Source of the DNA: Trichodelitschia bisporula
Taxonomy: Eukaryota
Direction: 5' to 3'
Assembly: GCA_010356995.1 (NCBI GenBank)
Contig: ML996712.1
Location: 75,204 to 139,203, forward strand
Length of the DNA stretch: 64,000 bases
The notes below the pieces were generated by a model that saw only the letters and a list, made by a program, of their open reading frames with translations, was not told the DNA's origin and did not search any database. Positions 21,201 to 33,530 of this stretch are shown in pieces (positions within the stretch are counted from its first letter, which is position 1; every line of letters starts with the position of its first letter). The position numbers were made by a program, and so were the translations under genes.

Positions 21201-23522
21201 TGGCCGGTCGTGGTTTAGCACGATAAGATCCAGAGCCACACCGCCATAATGGTGCGAATGATCAGCGCGCGCAGGTGGAAGCTGACCCGCCGGCGAGTCC
21301 ATAGAGCTCAGGGATGCACGGCGCGCTTCGAGTAGACTACGGATATATGCCTCCGTGTGGACATGGTCGTCATAGATCACTGCGGCCGCGGCTTTGGTCA
21401 CATATGTGAAGTTGGCAGCCGGCCGATGGGCGAAGCTGGAGCGAGGACGGCCCGGACCCTAGGCGTCTTCGGTGGCGTTAGAAGCATTTCTGGTGACTCG
21501 AAACACCATTCCATGGCATTGGGGTCTGCCTTGTGCTCTTCGTAGTCCATTTCATCCGAGTCGGTGCCGGTTTTGTAGGCAGTTGTGAAGAGTGACGTAC
21601 TGATCTATATGATAGCGAGCATAGCCGCATCGATTATAGCAGTAAGCGAGGCCTCAGGTGCGTGCGCGATCTAGGCACTCCCGTTAGCGCGCTTAACATG
21701 GTAGGTCACTGATGTACTTGCATATTGATCCAATATAAAAGGAACAACTGGTTAGTCCTGGTATCAGGTACCGAAGTGCCGTACGCCATCGGCTCCAAGC
21801 ACGACTTCCAGTTTCCAAGCCTAGCGGCTGTCAGCATACCTGCTACGTCATCGTCCGTTAGGGTAACTTACGGGCATGGTCTCGAAGTTGTCGTAACCGC
21901 CGTGCTCGTGGTCCTGCTGCGCCGCCGTACGAACCCCCACGACCGCTTCCTCTGCATCAACCTCTTCCTCAGCCATGATGGCGAGGGCTTGCTCGAGGAT
22001 GCGGCTCGCAGCCTGCCGAGTGGCGCAGCGATGAGCGCGGCGCAAAAGGCGATTATAAAATAGATTATTTAAAAGGGTGGTGGTGCTGTGTTGATGTGGT
22101 GTTGTATTGATGTGTTGATGTGGTGCTGTGGTGCTGTGTTGATGTGGTGGTGAAGTAATGTGAAGGAAATGGTTGTGGAGAAAAGGCCACAGACCTTTGT
22201 GGGCACCACCTGGTGAACGGGCCGTGCGGCAATAATGATATTCCGGTGGTAAGTGACTGCCAGCCAGTAACGGCAGGTGCAAGTGGTACTGCAGTGTCGA
22301 GTGACGGGCAGTATGCTGCTTGCCTTTTCGGGAAGGAATCCACTGGATCACATGCCAGGATGTTTGCGAACCGTTACTGAAGTTTTGGCAAACTCTTGGA
22401 CCGGGGGGTGAGCGGGAATGGAATTCCAGCGACTCAAGGCCAAACCTCGACTTTAAGATATGAGCAAGGCGGTTTGGCTTGAGGGCTTGATAAGGGCCAA
22501 AAGGGAATGGGATTAAAGATATGATGGTGGATAGGATATCGGCGGAGCCGGCTGCATGCTTGAGATTGCCGGTACACATACTGTAGAACAAGAGCAGTGG
22601 CGGGATGGATCTGGTAAAGCGGCTGCCAGGAGGTGAAGTGCGTCAGGCAGAGAATATCTTGTGGAAGGGATCGTGCTTTGAGAACTAGGTAGCATTTGAG
22701 AAGGCGTTGCTGCTGTGTAACTGCCTTTTCATGCAACGGCTAAGTATCTTCACTTCCGGGGTATGCGCGTCAAACGTAGAACACTTGACAAGGGAACGAA
22801 GTCAGCAGCAGACGCCGCCTCGCCATCGCTTATTCCTCAGTGTGAGCCGTACCACACTGGCTTGCCGAACATCGACGAGAAGAGAATGGTGGAGGAGAGG
22901 GACGCCTGAGAGCGGCTTGAAGCGATGCTGAATCTGCTTTGCAAGGGACCCGAACCTTTGCAAAATGCGGTGGTTTTCCAACGACATTGTTGCTTCTTAG
23001 CGGGCTGGGGTCCAGTGGTCTATGCCGGAGTTGCATAATCGACTTCCAGTTGCAATTGGAAATGGCTGACCGTCTGGCCAGGCCTATAGGTGGTCGGAGG
23101 ATTGCGGGCTGCGATCGGCTAGACTGTACAGAAGCGGTGGTGAGCTTTAAGGTAGACACAACAATGGAAGTGCACACACCTTTCGCCGTCAGGTCATCCC
23201 GTCCAAGCACTATCTGGTAACAGCCTGCCGTCCTATATATCGAATACAACGCAAAACTGACACAATACACATCACACCACACATCAATTTCATTTCAATC
23301 AAACGTTCATTACCGTAAGCTAACAACCCAGAGATTCAGCACATCACCGTCCGAGCCTAGAGAACCAGGCATCTCCAACTCAGCCCAGTCAAAAACCAAG
23401 GCGGATGGAGATGGAGATGAACGGAAAGGTGTAAGGAATCAGGTAAAGGATTGTTGGCCAGGATGGACTGCCGCGGCTCCGGCGAACCGGAAAAATCCGA
23501 TCCCCAAACAGCAGGAACGCAA

Positions 23523-25109
23523 TTAGTCCCGCAAATCCTCACTCGATTTCTTCTCCCAGCGCGCAACCACACGCTCACCCCGTTTACTAGTCGAAGTAGG
23601 GACATACGCAGTATCACCCGGCGCAAGAAGCTTCTGCTTCTGAGGCGTCCCGTTCTCCGACTTCCCGTAGTCCGTCTGGATATCGTCCCAAGATCCCTCG
23701 TCCTCCGGCCGGAGAGGCACACCGATCTCCGGCAGAAGAGCTTTCTCCTCAGCCGCCTTCGCCGGGGTCGCAGCCGGCTTGCTGGAGAACACCACCAAGG
23801 GAGTCGAGGGGCGCTTCGTCGGAGCAGGCTTGGGCTTGGGCCCGTGCGGCTGCGGTGGCAAGTCGACGATAATCTCCACTTCAACGCTGGATTCGTACTC
23901 CGTGGTCTCGTACTCCGGCGTCTGGGCACGCGAGACAGCGGGAGAAGTAAGGTCGACCGGGTTATCGGCGGTGCCGAGTTTGAGCTCCGATGGGGACTGG
24001 AGGGGGGCGTTTTCGTTGCTAGTCTGAGATTGAGATGCGTTGGTGCCGAGCTTCAGCGTCGGTTTCAGCGCCGGCGAGGGCGAGGGCGAGTGCCCGCCCT
24101 TAGGACGGAAGGCGGCGGGATCGTGGACTGCGACTACGCGCCCGCCTTTCTTGGTGATGGAGATGGGCTCGTAGGGAGGTGAGGCTTCTTGGACGGAGAT
24201 GGTGGGAGCCGGCGTGCCTTCCTTGGCTGAAATGGAGGGCGACGGGGATTCGTACTTGTTGACAGGCGACGGCGATTGGTACTCGATCGACACGGCAGAC
24301 GAAGCTTGCGCTGACATGACGGGTACCGGCTCCTGCTCCGAAACGGCTGGCGACGCCTCCTCGACGGAGACCATGGACGACGCAGCGGAGGCTTGATTGC
24401 TCGGGGTGGGATTCTGCAACGCGGAGAAGTGTGGAGCAAGTATCGCCTTCAAAGGATCGGGGTTGACGGGCTCCTCTGCGGCAGATGCGACAGACGACGA
24501 GGACTTGCCTGAGTGGTTAGGCGCATCCTTCCCCTTGCCGTGAGCATCAACGCCGATGAGACTCTTAACCCAGCGAGCCTGGGCCTCATCCATCATCAAA
24601 CACTGCTGGAGAACACTGACCAGGTTCCAGGCCTTCGCCATCGTCATCCTACCGTCCGTAGCGCCGGTCTCGCCGCCACCAGCCTCTATCGCAAGACGCA
24701 TAAGATCGACCGCGCCATTAAGTTTGATCATAATGATCATCAGCGGCATCGCGAAAATATCGCCAGCAGTCTCCTTCGTCTTCAAGTGCGCCTCACGAAT
24801 GAGAGCCTGCTGCTCGCAAGCCTCCGCAAGGACATCCGAGCAGCGCGCGGGCAGGTCATGAGCCGCGTGGACGTCACTACCGGCCTGGTCGTCATCGGCC
24901 ACCAGCGCTGTGATCGCTTTGAGAACTTGATGTTCGACCTTCGGATCGACAAGGGGACCGAACGTCTAGGAGGTGTTAGCAAATAACCCGGTTTTCGTGG
25001 GCGTTTTACTTGCCTGGAACATGGGAGACTCGAATTCGTTGACGAGAGCACCCCAGGTCGCGGCGATCGATGCACCCAGCTTGCTCTCGTGCGTATGCAT
25101 AATGGCCAT
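23523..25109 (-). CDS. Hypothetical Ser/Pro-rich protein (~512 aa); exons 25109-25014 and 24965-23523, joined by a GC-AG intron
   Basis: ATG at 25109 in good context (ACGATGG). The 48-nt intron GCAAGT...GCTAAC...CTAG joins it in frame to the 459-aa ORF. Confidence 0.7.
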
Positions 25110-25595
25110 CGTAATCAGGGTATGCCGGAGGAGCAGGGGCAGGACGATGCGATGTGGTGGTGCAGAGAAGACAGAGGTTGGAGGGAGGAGCTTCGTAGTG
25201 AGGTTGTAGGAAGAAGGTTAGAGTATTGGTGCAGGAGAAGGATATTTATAGGACGGCGGAGGCTGCAGTCACAGGTTTTGGCGATGGTCAGTGCACGACG
25301 GCAACATACATAACGGCATATGGTGTTTGCCGCTTCCGGCCTAGTCGAAGAGGTTCTCGTAGAGGAGGAAAGATGGTCTAGGTGGGGAGCCCCTTTGTTC
25401 CCTTGTACATCCCGTTCGGGGCGGTTTGAACCGGAAGGTTCATATGGATGTCGTCCCGTCGGGGTCAAAAAAGCACCCGGAGGTTCTCCGCACGGGCTAG
25501 TTCATTAGGCTACCAGGTGTCCGGGAATTCCAAGGCGTATCGACTCCGTAGTCATATGAGATGGAAACCCTCCCACCCATTCCGTCCCCAACCCT

Positions 25596-27782
25596 TTACT
25601 GGAATCCCCAACCCTCGCCTTCCAGGTTGACAAACTCCTCCAGTCCGCCGCCTTCTCCGGCAAAGTACTGGCCCTCGCCGCTGCCTTGAGCCGCAGAGAT
25701 AGGCACCGAGACCTGAGGCGGCGCAGATGGTGGCACGATTCCATCGACTAGCCTCGAACCCTGCGGGACAGCCTTCCCAAACGCCTCAAGACGGGTCGCG
25801 AACCTTCTCCCAGCGGAAGGGCCGCAATCGACGCGAGCATTCAACAGCGGTCCCACAGGTTCGATCTCGCCCCGCCGAGCAGCTTCTTCAAACGCCGCTT
25901 GGCCTTTGATGATGGGCAATAAGCAGCTCGTTTCATACCACCGACCCTTGATGTTGCTAAAGTCCACCTGGAGCTTGGCTTTTACTAGCTTCCAGTACAC
26001 TCGCGCGCCAGTGGGAGACATCGTCGACACCCTGTTCCGGTAACGGGCGTCTTCACGCATACGCGGCGGCAACGAAGCTTGGTCAGGCGGTTCGACAGCT
26101 CCGTCGGGAACAGTTGCGAGAGTGTAGACATCGCCCATGAGGAAAATCGGACTTTGCCCTGATAAGCCGTAAGGTTGATTCTTCTCGACCCTTTCGATGA
26201 TAGCGGCAATGACGATCACGTCTTCAGCGCCACCCATGCGCAGACGGGCTGCCTCACCGACCCACAGACGCTCACCGCCGAGATAGACGCCGTTCCAGTA
26301 CAGGAAGGGGGAGTTCTGCTGATCGTGAACCAACTCAAAAGGCGTCCAGGACTTGTCGATGGCTTTCGCGGCAAGTATGCTCGCGTCAATGACAGGGTCG
26401 CCCGGCCCCAGCTCCCCTTTCAGCAGAAGGTCCCATTTCAGCGCATCGTAGGAGATATCGGCCACCTGATTGAGCCTGTCCGTCGTGAAGCTGGGGGCAC
26501 TCCACGCAAGCCACGGCCGAAGGTAAGAGTCAAGGTTTATGACGACGGCAGGCTGCGACTGATCGAACGGGTGCGAGAGCGGCTGCACCAGGTATCCCCG
26601 GCTTTCAGCGTGATAGAACCAGCGGCGCATGATGACACCGAGGCCCCAGGCATCGCCACGGTTGAACCATACCAATTCTCCCACGCGGTAAATGAAGCGA
26701 CCGTACTCAAGGTCAAGTTGCTGCTCCTGAGAACGGGGTTGGGCCAATGGGCTCGGGGTAGGCGGCGCGGGGCGCTGCTGGGGTTGCGCCGGACGCGGCT
26801 GGGGTTGCGCAGGACGCTGCTGGGGTTGCGCGGGATGCTGCTGGCTAACCATAGGCGAGGGCATGGTGCCCATCTGACCACGCAGGGTATCGGCGAGCGT
26901 CGCTGGCTGGCCTTGGGCATAGGTGGCGTGGATAGGCGTTGATGTCTGGGAGCGGGAGCCTTGGACCTGGGTATAGGGTGATGGCGAGTGTGAGGCATGC
27001 TGCGGGACCTGGGGGGAAGCCTGTGAGAAGCGCTGCTGGGGGGCTAGAGATGGAACTTGGACCGGAGGGTGTGCTTGAGGCTGCGCTTGGGGCGGGGCCT
27101 CGGGAGTGGGGATTTGCCTGTTCGGAAGCGCGACCATGGCCTTCTTTTTGGGCGCTTTGGATTCGTCTTTTTTGGCGACCATGGCTTTCGCCCCCTCAGC
27201 TTCCTTCACTTCCGGCTGGATATCATCAGGCGCACACAATTTGCAGGAGCAGTTGTTGCGATCTCCGGTCTCATCGGTGGAGAGCCACAGCAAGTGCGGG
27301 AAGAATTCCGCCGGGCTACGGTAACGCTTCTTGCGACCCAAGGGATGACCGTAGAGATATGCGTCCTGACGATCGTGTCCGCCTCCGGCGTGTGTCTTCG
27401 GGTTCTTCTGCACCTTGCCGTCGACCTCGGTAGAACGGGACTTGACATGCTCGAACAGGCGATAGTTCTCGGGGAGATCGTGGAGGATGAAATTTTTGTC
27501 TGACGATTAGCCTAGCTTTCCAACTGGATACGAAAACAAACCGCGAGCAATCTGTTCGGCGTCGCCCAACTGGCGAATCAGCATGCCGGCCAGCTTGCGG
27601 CGCCAGTCCTGGTGCTTCGCCTCATCATGTGTGATCTCCCGGTAGTAGCTGATAACGCCCTTCGCGTCAGGCTTCTGGCTGAGCTGAGGGGCAGTGGGTT
27701 GATTGCGTTCCCGTTTTCCGTGCGTGCCGGTCTCTAGCTTGCCATCGGAGCGACGACAATACAGGATGGTGAAGCGTGTCAT
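25596..27782 (-). CDS. clr2: Cryptic loci regulator 2 (Clr2, SHREC heterochromatin complex); exons 27782-27542 and 27499-25596, ~714 aa
   Basis: Clr2 N-terminal signature LPENYRLFEH...DAYLYGHP.G....YRSP.EFFPHLLWL...CSCKLC and C-terminal WNGVYLGGERLWVGE...IKGRWY. One 42-nt GT-AG intron. Confidence 0.88.
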
Positions 27783-28505
27783 GTCTGCGACGCAGCAGCC
27801 TTCTTCTCCTCTTCTTCCTCCTGGGCCGTTTTGTGTTGCGCCCACGATGACACGCTGGGGGAGACTCCTTTCAAAGTCTGTCGCAGGCGAAGGCCTCTGG
27901 GTACTGTTGGAAGCGTCGCGACCAGCAACACGCTCGAACGAGAGCGGGTTTTATTCGTCTTGGGGCCAGAGGTGTTCTCGGTGTTTTCCAGTCGCTATAT
28001 CGCGTGCACAGTGAGGAAACCACAGTAAGAAGTGTAGACACGAGAATAAACGTGAGAAAGGAAACGGGTTAAGTGGTTGAGGGGAGCAGGGGCGAAGGTG
28101 AAGGTCAATATGAACTTCCGGACCGGCGCGTCTCCGAAGTCCGTTCTGACTGCGTGGAACGAGGCTTCGCGCTAAAACCTTAATCCAACGTCACGCGAGT
28201 CTCTCGAGATAGCGCCTATTGGCTCCCTGTTTCGAGTTCGCCCAGTCACTCGATCTGGTCATCGCTGTCAATCCATCACATCACTTGGAGGCTTTGAGCC
28301 GGCATAGCTATCCTGCTACCATTTTCATATCATTACTGCCATTATGGAGGCAAGTCGATCATTAGGCTAGTGGCTAAATACGCATTGCAAGAATCGTAAG
28401 GCTCTTTCCAGACAGCAACCCATTCTCTACGGCAGTCGCACTCTCGGCAGTCAGCTACTTTGGTCTACAAAAGTATTAGTAAAATCTTACATCGTCCATC
28501 AACCA

Positions 28506-28608
28506 GGCAACGTGGCGGAGTGGTTAACGCGCTGCCCTGCTATACACCAGCACATGGGTTAGTAAGGCAGTTCCTTCGGGAGCGTAGGTTCGAATCCTGC
28601 CGTTGTCG
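28506..28608 (+). tRNA. tRNA-Ser(GCT) with a 22-nt intron (28543-28564)
   Basis: Acceptor stem GGCAACG/CGTTGTC, A box TGGCGGAGTGG, anticodon stem CTGCC/GGCAG around CT-GCT-A, long variable arm, B box GGTTCGAATCC and a downstream T5 terminator. Confidence 0.95.
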
Positions 28609-28898
28609 ATTCTCTTTTTGCGTTTTTGCCTTGTCGTCTCATTTGCCCTGTGTCAGCTGTAAGAATTCAGCTTCCACTTCACTTTTTGCAGTGGCGAAGA
28701 GCTTCGTCGTCCGATTTCCCCCCAGACATTCACGTCGCCGAACATTCCGCCAATCGCTGACTCATCCACTCAATCACGTCACGTGGAGCGCGCGTCACCC
28801 GCGCCCCTAACGCGAACCTCGACAAATTCCGCCGCAACCGCCCTCCGCGCAGTCCCTTCCCTCCCACGCCCAAGCCACCGCCCTCCAATTCTCCACTC

Positions 28899-30485
28899 AT
28901 GTCTACCATAAACGTCGAAGACAGCACCGACTGGCTGTCGACCACAGTGCCAGGCCTCTCGCGCCTCGAAACATCCCTCCGCTGTCAGGTGTGCCGCGAC
29001 TTCCTTACCTCGCCCATGATCACGAGCTGTGCGCACACATTTTGCTCGCTGTGTATTCGCAAGAGCTTGTCTGCGGAGGGGAAGTGTCCGGCGTGTCGCG
29101 AGCCGGAGTCTGTGAGCAAGTTGCGCCGGAATTGGGCGGTTGAGGAGTCGGTTGCGGCGTGGCGGGCTGTGAGGGAGAAGGTGCTTGCCGTTGCGCGACA
29201 GGAGGGGAAGTCGGAGAAGGGGAAGAAGCGCGATGCAACTGAGGCGGAAATGGAGGCTGAGTTGCCGAGGCGGACGCAGAGGCGGAAAGTAGTGAGTCTT
29301 CTTGGCTGCGACGGTTCATGGGGGCTGACTCTTCAGGTGGCCATCGACAGCGACGACGAGGAATACCGCCCGGAGGAGGAACGCAACGACGGTCTGGTCC
29401 CATGCCCGATCTGCTCGAAGCGCATGAAGGAGGCAGATGTCTTCGGGCATCTTGACAAATGCCAAGCAGAACGACAGCAGCGCCCACCCCCCAAGACAGC
29501 ATTCAACCCCCCACCCTCCAGCCAATCCACCCCCACAAAACGACCCCAGAATCTCGCCCACGCCAACTTCGGCCTCATGAAAAGCGAAGTGCACGTCCGG
29601 AACCAGCTCAAAAACGCCGGGATCCCAGCGTGGGGCTCGCGCGACGTGATGATGCGCCGGCACGTCGAGTGGGTGAACATGTTCAACGCGAACAACGACG
29701 CTGAGCACCCGAAACCGCGGGGACAGTTACTGCGCGAACTGGACGAGTGGGATAAGTTTCAGGGGGGCTGGGCGGCGCGGGTGAAGAAGCCGAAGGAGAC
29801 GGATGGGCAGGAGTATATCCGGCAGCATAAGGAGCATTATGAGGAGTTGAAGGCGGCAGCGTTGGCGAGTATGCGTAAAGCGGTGGCTAAGCCGGTGGAG
29901 GAGCCGAAGGAGGGGGAGCCGGGCCAGCAGCAGCAGAATGCACCGAACCAGCAACAGCAGAATGAGCCGAAGCCAGAAGCTTCTGGACCGACAGGGGCGT
30001 TGCCTGAGAGTACGCCGGCTGCTGGGCCGGTCGGTGCGTTGCCTGAGCTTACGGGGGCTGCAACGCCTGTCCAGCGAGAGCAGACGGACACTCCCCTTCA
30101 CGATCTTCATGGAAGGCGCCTGAATGGTAGAGGTCCTTCGCAGGCGACTGGCACTCCCAATTACGATTTCACTGGAACTCACCAGAATGGAGGAGGGCAT
30201 TTCCAGCCGACTTACACTTCCTACCACGATCTTACCGGGATATCCCAGAATGAAGGAGGTCCTGCGCAGCCGACTGGCACTCTCAGTCTTAACCTTACTG
30301 CAATGTCCCAGAATGGAGGAAGTCCTTCACAGGCAGAGCACATCTCGAACCCACAAAGCGCTGATCAAATCGCAGATCCGCCCTTATCTGCGCGGACACT
30401 GGGCGACGCAATTGCAATGTTCCACGCATTCAAGCCGGATCCAACGGTAGGCACCGCCCCACGGCTCCCATGGCGTGGCTTATGA
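28899..30485 (+). CDS. rad18: E3 ubiquitin ligase Rad18 (RING, UBZ, SAP); probable in-frame 45-nt intron at 29292-29336
   Basis: LRCQVCRDF...CAHTFCSLCIR...CPACR (RING), VPCPIC...HLDKC (UBZ) and a SAP-like LKNAGIPAWG..RRHVEWV..FNAN. Intron GTGAGT...CTGAC...CAG. Confidence 0.93.
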   Translation: MSTINVEDSTDWLSTTVPGLSRLETSLRCQVCRDFLTSPMITSCAHTFCSLCIRKSLSAEGKCPACREPESVSKLRRNWAVEESVAAWRAVREKVLAVARQEGKSEKGKKRDATEAEMEAELPRRTQRRKVVSLLGCDGSWGLTLQVAIDSDDEEYRPEEERNDGLVPCPICSKRMKEADVFGHLDKCQAERQQRPPPKTAFNPPPSSQSTPTKRPQNLAHANFGLMKSEVHVRNQLKNAGIPAWGSRDVMMRRHVEWVNMFNANNDAEHPKPRGQLLRELDEWDKFQGGWAARVKKPKETDGQEYIRQHKEHYEELKAAALASMRKAVAKPVEEPKEGEPGQQQQNAPNQQQQNEPKPEASGPTGALPESTPAAGPVGALPELTGAATPVQREQTDTPLHDLHGRRLNGRGPSQATGTPNYDFTGTHQNGGGHFQPTYTSYHDLTGISQNEGGPAQPTGTLSLNLTAMSQNGGSPSQAEHISNPQSADQIADPPLSARTLGDAIAMFHAFKPDPTVGTAPRLPWRGL

Positions 30486-32417
30486 CGCACACAGGACGGC
30501 GTATAGCGAGTTCGGCGTTACGTGTGTGGTATGTGCGTGTGGTTTGTGGGAAATTGTGTCGTGTGCAGCGGGTGGCTTTCTTTGGTTGCGTGTCGGCGTT
30601 GGACGTGTACTCTGTCGCATAAATTACTTGTCTGTGCGGGCATTGTGTTTCTGCATCAGCGATTTACGGCGCATGGCACGGAGTTGCAGCCGGATGGGCG
30701 GGCGGTTCTTGCATTGGCTAGTTTACCTGGTCATTCAGCGTTCCGTTTTTTTTTATGGTGCGCGCGTCCTATTGCCTATCGACCTTTTTTGCTGTGTCGT
30801 TGTTGACACCAGACTCTTTTCAGGGGGAATTCTGATTCCTAACTAACTCAAAAATCACCAGAGATCCCGCCGGTCACAGACGAAGAGAAGTCGCTACCCC
30901 AATGACGCGCCCGCAAATTGAGGAAGTTAGTCCCACCACGATTCCCCGCAATGCTAACTCCGCGATCACAGACTAAGGTCTAGAACCCCCAACGTACGCG
31001 ATGGGTCCCGCACGCTACCCCGATCCCGCGCGATCGCCCGTGTCTGGCAACCCTGAAATGTGGCTCGGCCCTTGGACCCTTACAGCACCATGGCCCTGCG
31101 TCATATATCGTGCGCGTTTCCACGCAAGCCATTACGCCTGCCCTTGATAAGGTGCATCTCGCCTGCTGCGTTGAGGGCCGGGATCGGCGCTCGAAGTTTA
31201 CGAAGATCGCGGGATGACGTCCTCCTGTGTTGAGGCTTTTTACTTTGCGCTCTGGTTGACGCGAACGCCGCCAAAAGAAGCTTCGGTTCGCGGCAAACCC
31301 CGATCTACGTCACCAATGCACCTGCCTGGCACGAAGAAGACACAAGTAGGCCTCCGATACCACAACCCCGAATCGAGGAATTTGGTCCCACATATCCCTG
31401 CCTAGAACCCCCAACCCACGCGTCGGGCCGCGTAGATCCCCCGACCCGCCCCACATCCCCACCCTGGCGATCCTAAAGTGTGGCTCGACCCTTAGACCCT
31501 ACCAAACCAACCACCACAGCCCCAAGATCGTGAGCTCACTTTGCGCGATTTACTGCATTTCGCCGATTTGGACTGCTCTTGCCCGCGGTGGTGATCCGTG
31601 TCGGCGCTCAGATCCTGCGAAGGGCGCAGTTGCTGACGATGTTGACTGCGGCTCTACGTTGGCGGATTACGGTACGAAGTGTTCGAACCAAAGAATCGTG
31701 AGCGCATTTCCGCGCAAGCACTTACGCGTGTGACGATGGGGCTGAGCTGGGTCGGTAGACTGAGAGCCGGTGTCGGCGCTTGGGTTCTGCGGAAATTGCG
31801 AATGCCGTCCGACTTTGGCGGTGGAGGATCGCAACTGAAGGCAGTTCGATCGTACTTGGAGCAGCGCTACTGAATGCGGCTAAGCGGCAGGCACATCAGT
31901 GTGCACAAGAGACGTCGGGTGGGCGGATCGGTGAGAACGTCGAGCAAGACTCTGCGGTGCTAGGAGCGCACTGTAGATTTAGATTACGCAGCTGCAGCCA
32001 AATGGAACCCGCAAGCTTTGCGCTTAGCGGTTTTAAGCACACGATTCGCATTGCAGAGTTCAGATATTGGTACAACACTCTCCCTTATCTCTGTTGAGTC
32101 CTAAGCCAGACCCTTTGTCTCACCACCGACTGCTCTGGACTATGGCGCGGACGTCATCGTAGACGACAACACCACAAACTAAACATCGTGAACCAAACTT
32201 TCGCACACCGATCGGTGACGCAAAACCTCTGTCCCTAGTTGATGCCCGCACCCGCCAGACCTACAAATACCGCCCCCCTCCCTCTGCAATCTCCCTTCTT
32301 CTTTCTCCCCCCCCCCCCCGGGCGTCTTTGAATCTTACCCCATACCAGGATCAGATTCAAGCATACGCCCAACTAGGAGTCGAGTCCATCTCGTTGTAGC
32401 TCTGGCCCGCTCCGACC

Positions 32418-32783
32418 ATGTTTTCAAAAAACTTTGCGCTGACCCTCAAGGGATTCAAAACCAAAACCACCTACCACGTAAGCTTTGCGGCTTCCACCGC
32501 TCCTGACCCATGGTACCCTGACTACTTGCCTGCGCCTGTTGATCACCCCACGCTTAGCTGGGAAGACTTTGGTCCTGTGGCCAAGTACTTCCTCGTGAGG
32601 CGATACGCGGGCCAGGTCAAGAAGGGTCGCCGTTCTCTGATGAGGTATGATCAGTTATGCTCGATCAGTCCGATTTGGGGGCGGTGGCACAAGAACTGGG
32701 TCGATGTGGAGTGGGATCGTGTTCTACTCATGAGGAGGAGGTTGTTCAAGGAGGGTAACCCAGGCGGGGGGGGCGAGAGTTAA
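32418..32783 (+). CDS. Small hypothetical protein (121 aa)
   Basis: Strong Kozak-like context (ccgaccATG) downstream of a pyrimidine-rich promoter-like tract. No family recognised. Confidence 0.45.
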   Translation: MFSKNFALTLKGFKTKTTYHVSFAASTAPDPWYPDYLPAPVDHPTLSWEDFGPVAKYFLVRRYAGQVKKGRRSLMRYDQLCSISPIWGRWHKNWVDVEWDRVLLMRRRLFKEGNPGGGGES

Positions 32784-32920
32784 GTTCCTTTTGGCGTTCG
32801 GAGTTTTGGCGTTTTGGTGTTGTGGCGTTTTGGAGTTTGGAGCTTGTACTTGCTTGGGCTTTGAGTTTCCCCATCGTGAGGTTCGCTTGATGCGGGCTCA
32901 TGAAGGGGTTTGGTGATCTC

Positions 32921-33530
32921 CTTCTTCATCTTCATCTTCATCTTCATCTTCATCTTCATCTTCATCTTCNNNNNNNNNNTCTTCATCTTCATCTTCATCT
33001 TCATCTTCATCTTCATCTTCATCTTCCTCTTCCCTTTTTTTTTCCTCTTCCCCTTCTCTTGCCTTCCCCTTCCTCTTACCTTCCTCTTGCCTCGTCCCTT
33101 TCCTTCCCTTCTTCCTCTCCGCTCTTCCTATCTTCTCTTCTCTGCCTCTCTTCTCTTCCTCTCTTCCTCTCTTCCTCTCTTCCTCTCTTCCTCTCTTCCT
33201 CTCTTCCTCTCTTCCTCTCTTCCTCTTCTCTTCTTCTTCTCTTCTTCTTCCCTCATCCAACCCCACCACCACCTCCATCCCCATCCCCATTCCCATCTTT
33301 GCCCTTCCCCATCCCGACTCCCACCCCATCCCCATCCCTACTCTCATTCCTATCCCCATCCCCATCCCCATCCACATTCACATCCACATCCACATCCACA
33401 CCCGCATGCATATGCACATCCACATCCGCATGTACACCCGCATGCATATGCACATCCACATCCGCATGTACACCGGCATGCACACTCGCATGCATGTTCA
33501 TATCCACATCCCCCATCGCCATCCCCACAA
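32921..33530. repeat. Compound microsatellite/polypyrimidine tract: (CTTCAT)n spanning an assembly gap, a CT-rich tract, then (CCCCAT/CCACAT)n
   Basis: Directly visible, with 10 Ns at 32970-32979. Confidence 0.97.

Noticed and set aside
21720..22600. 247-aa ORF with a short acidic segment and an intron-like signal
   Set aside because: It is mostly low-complexity (CAC/CAT repeats), and no consistent gene model could be built.
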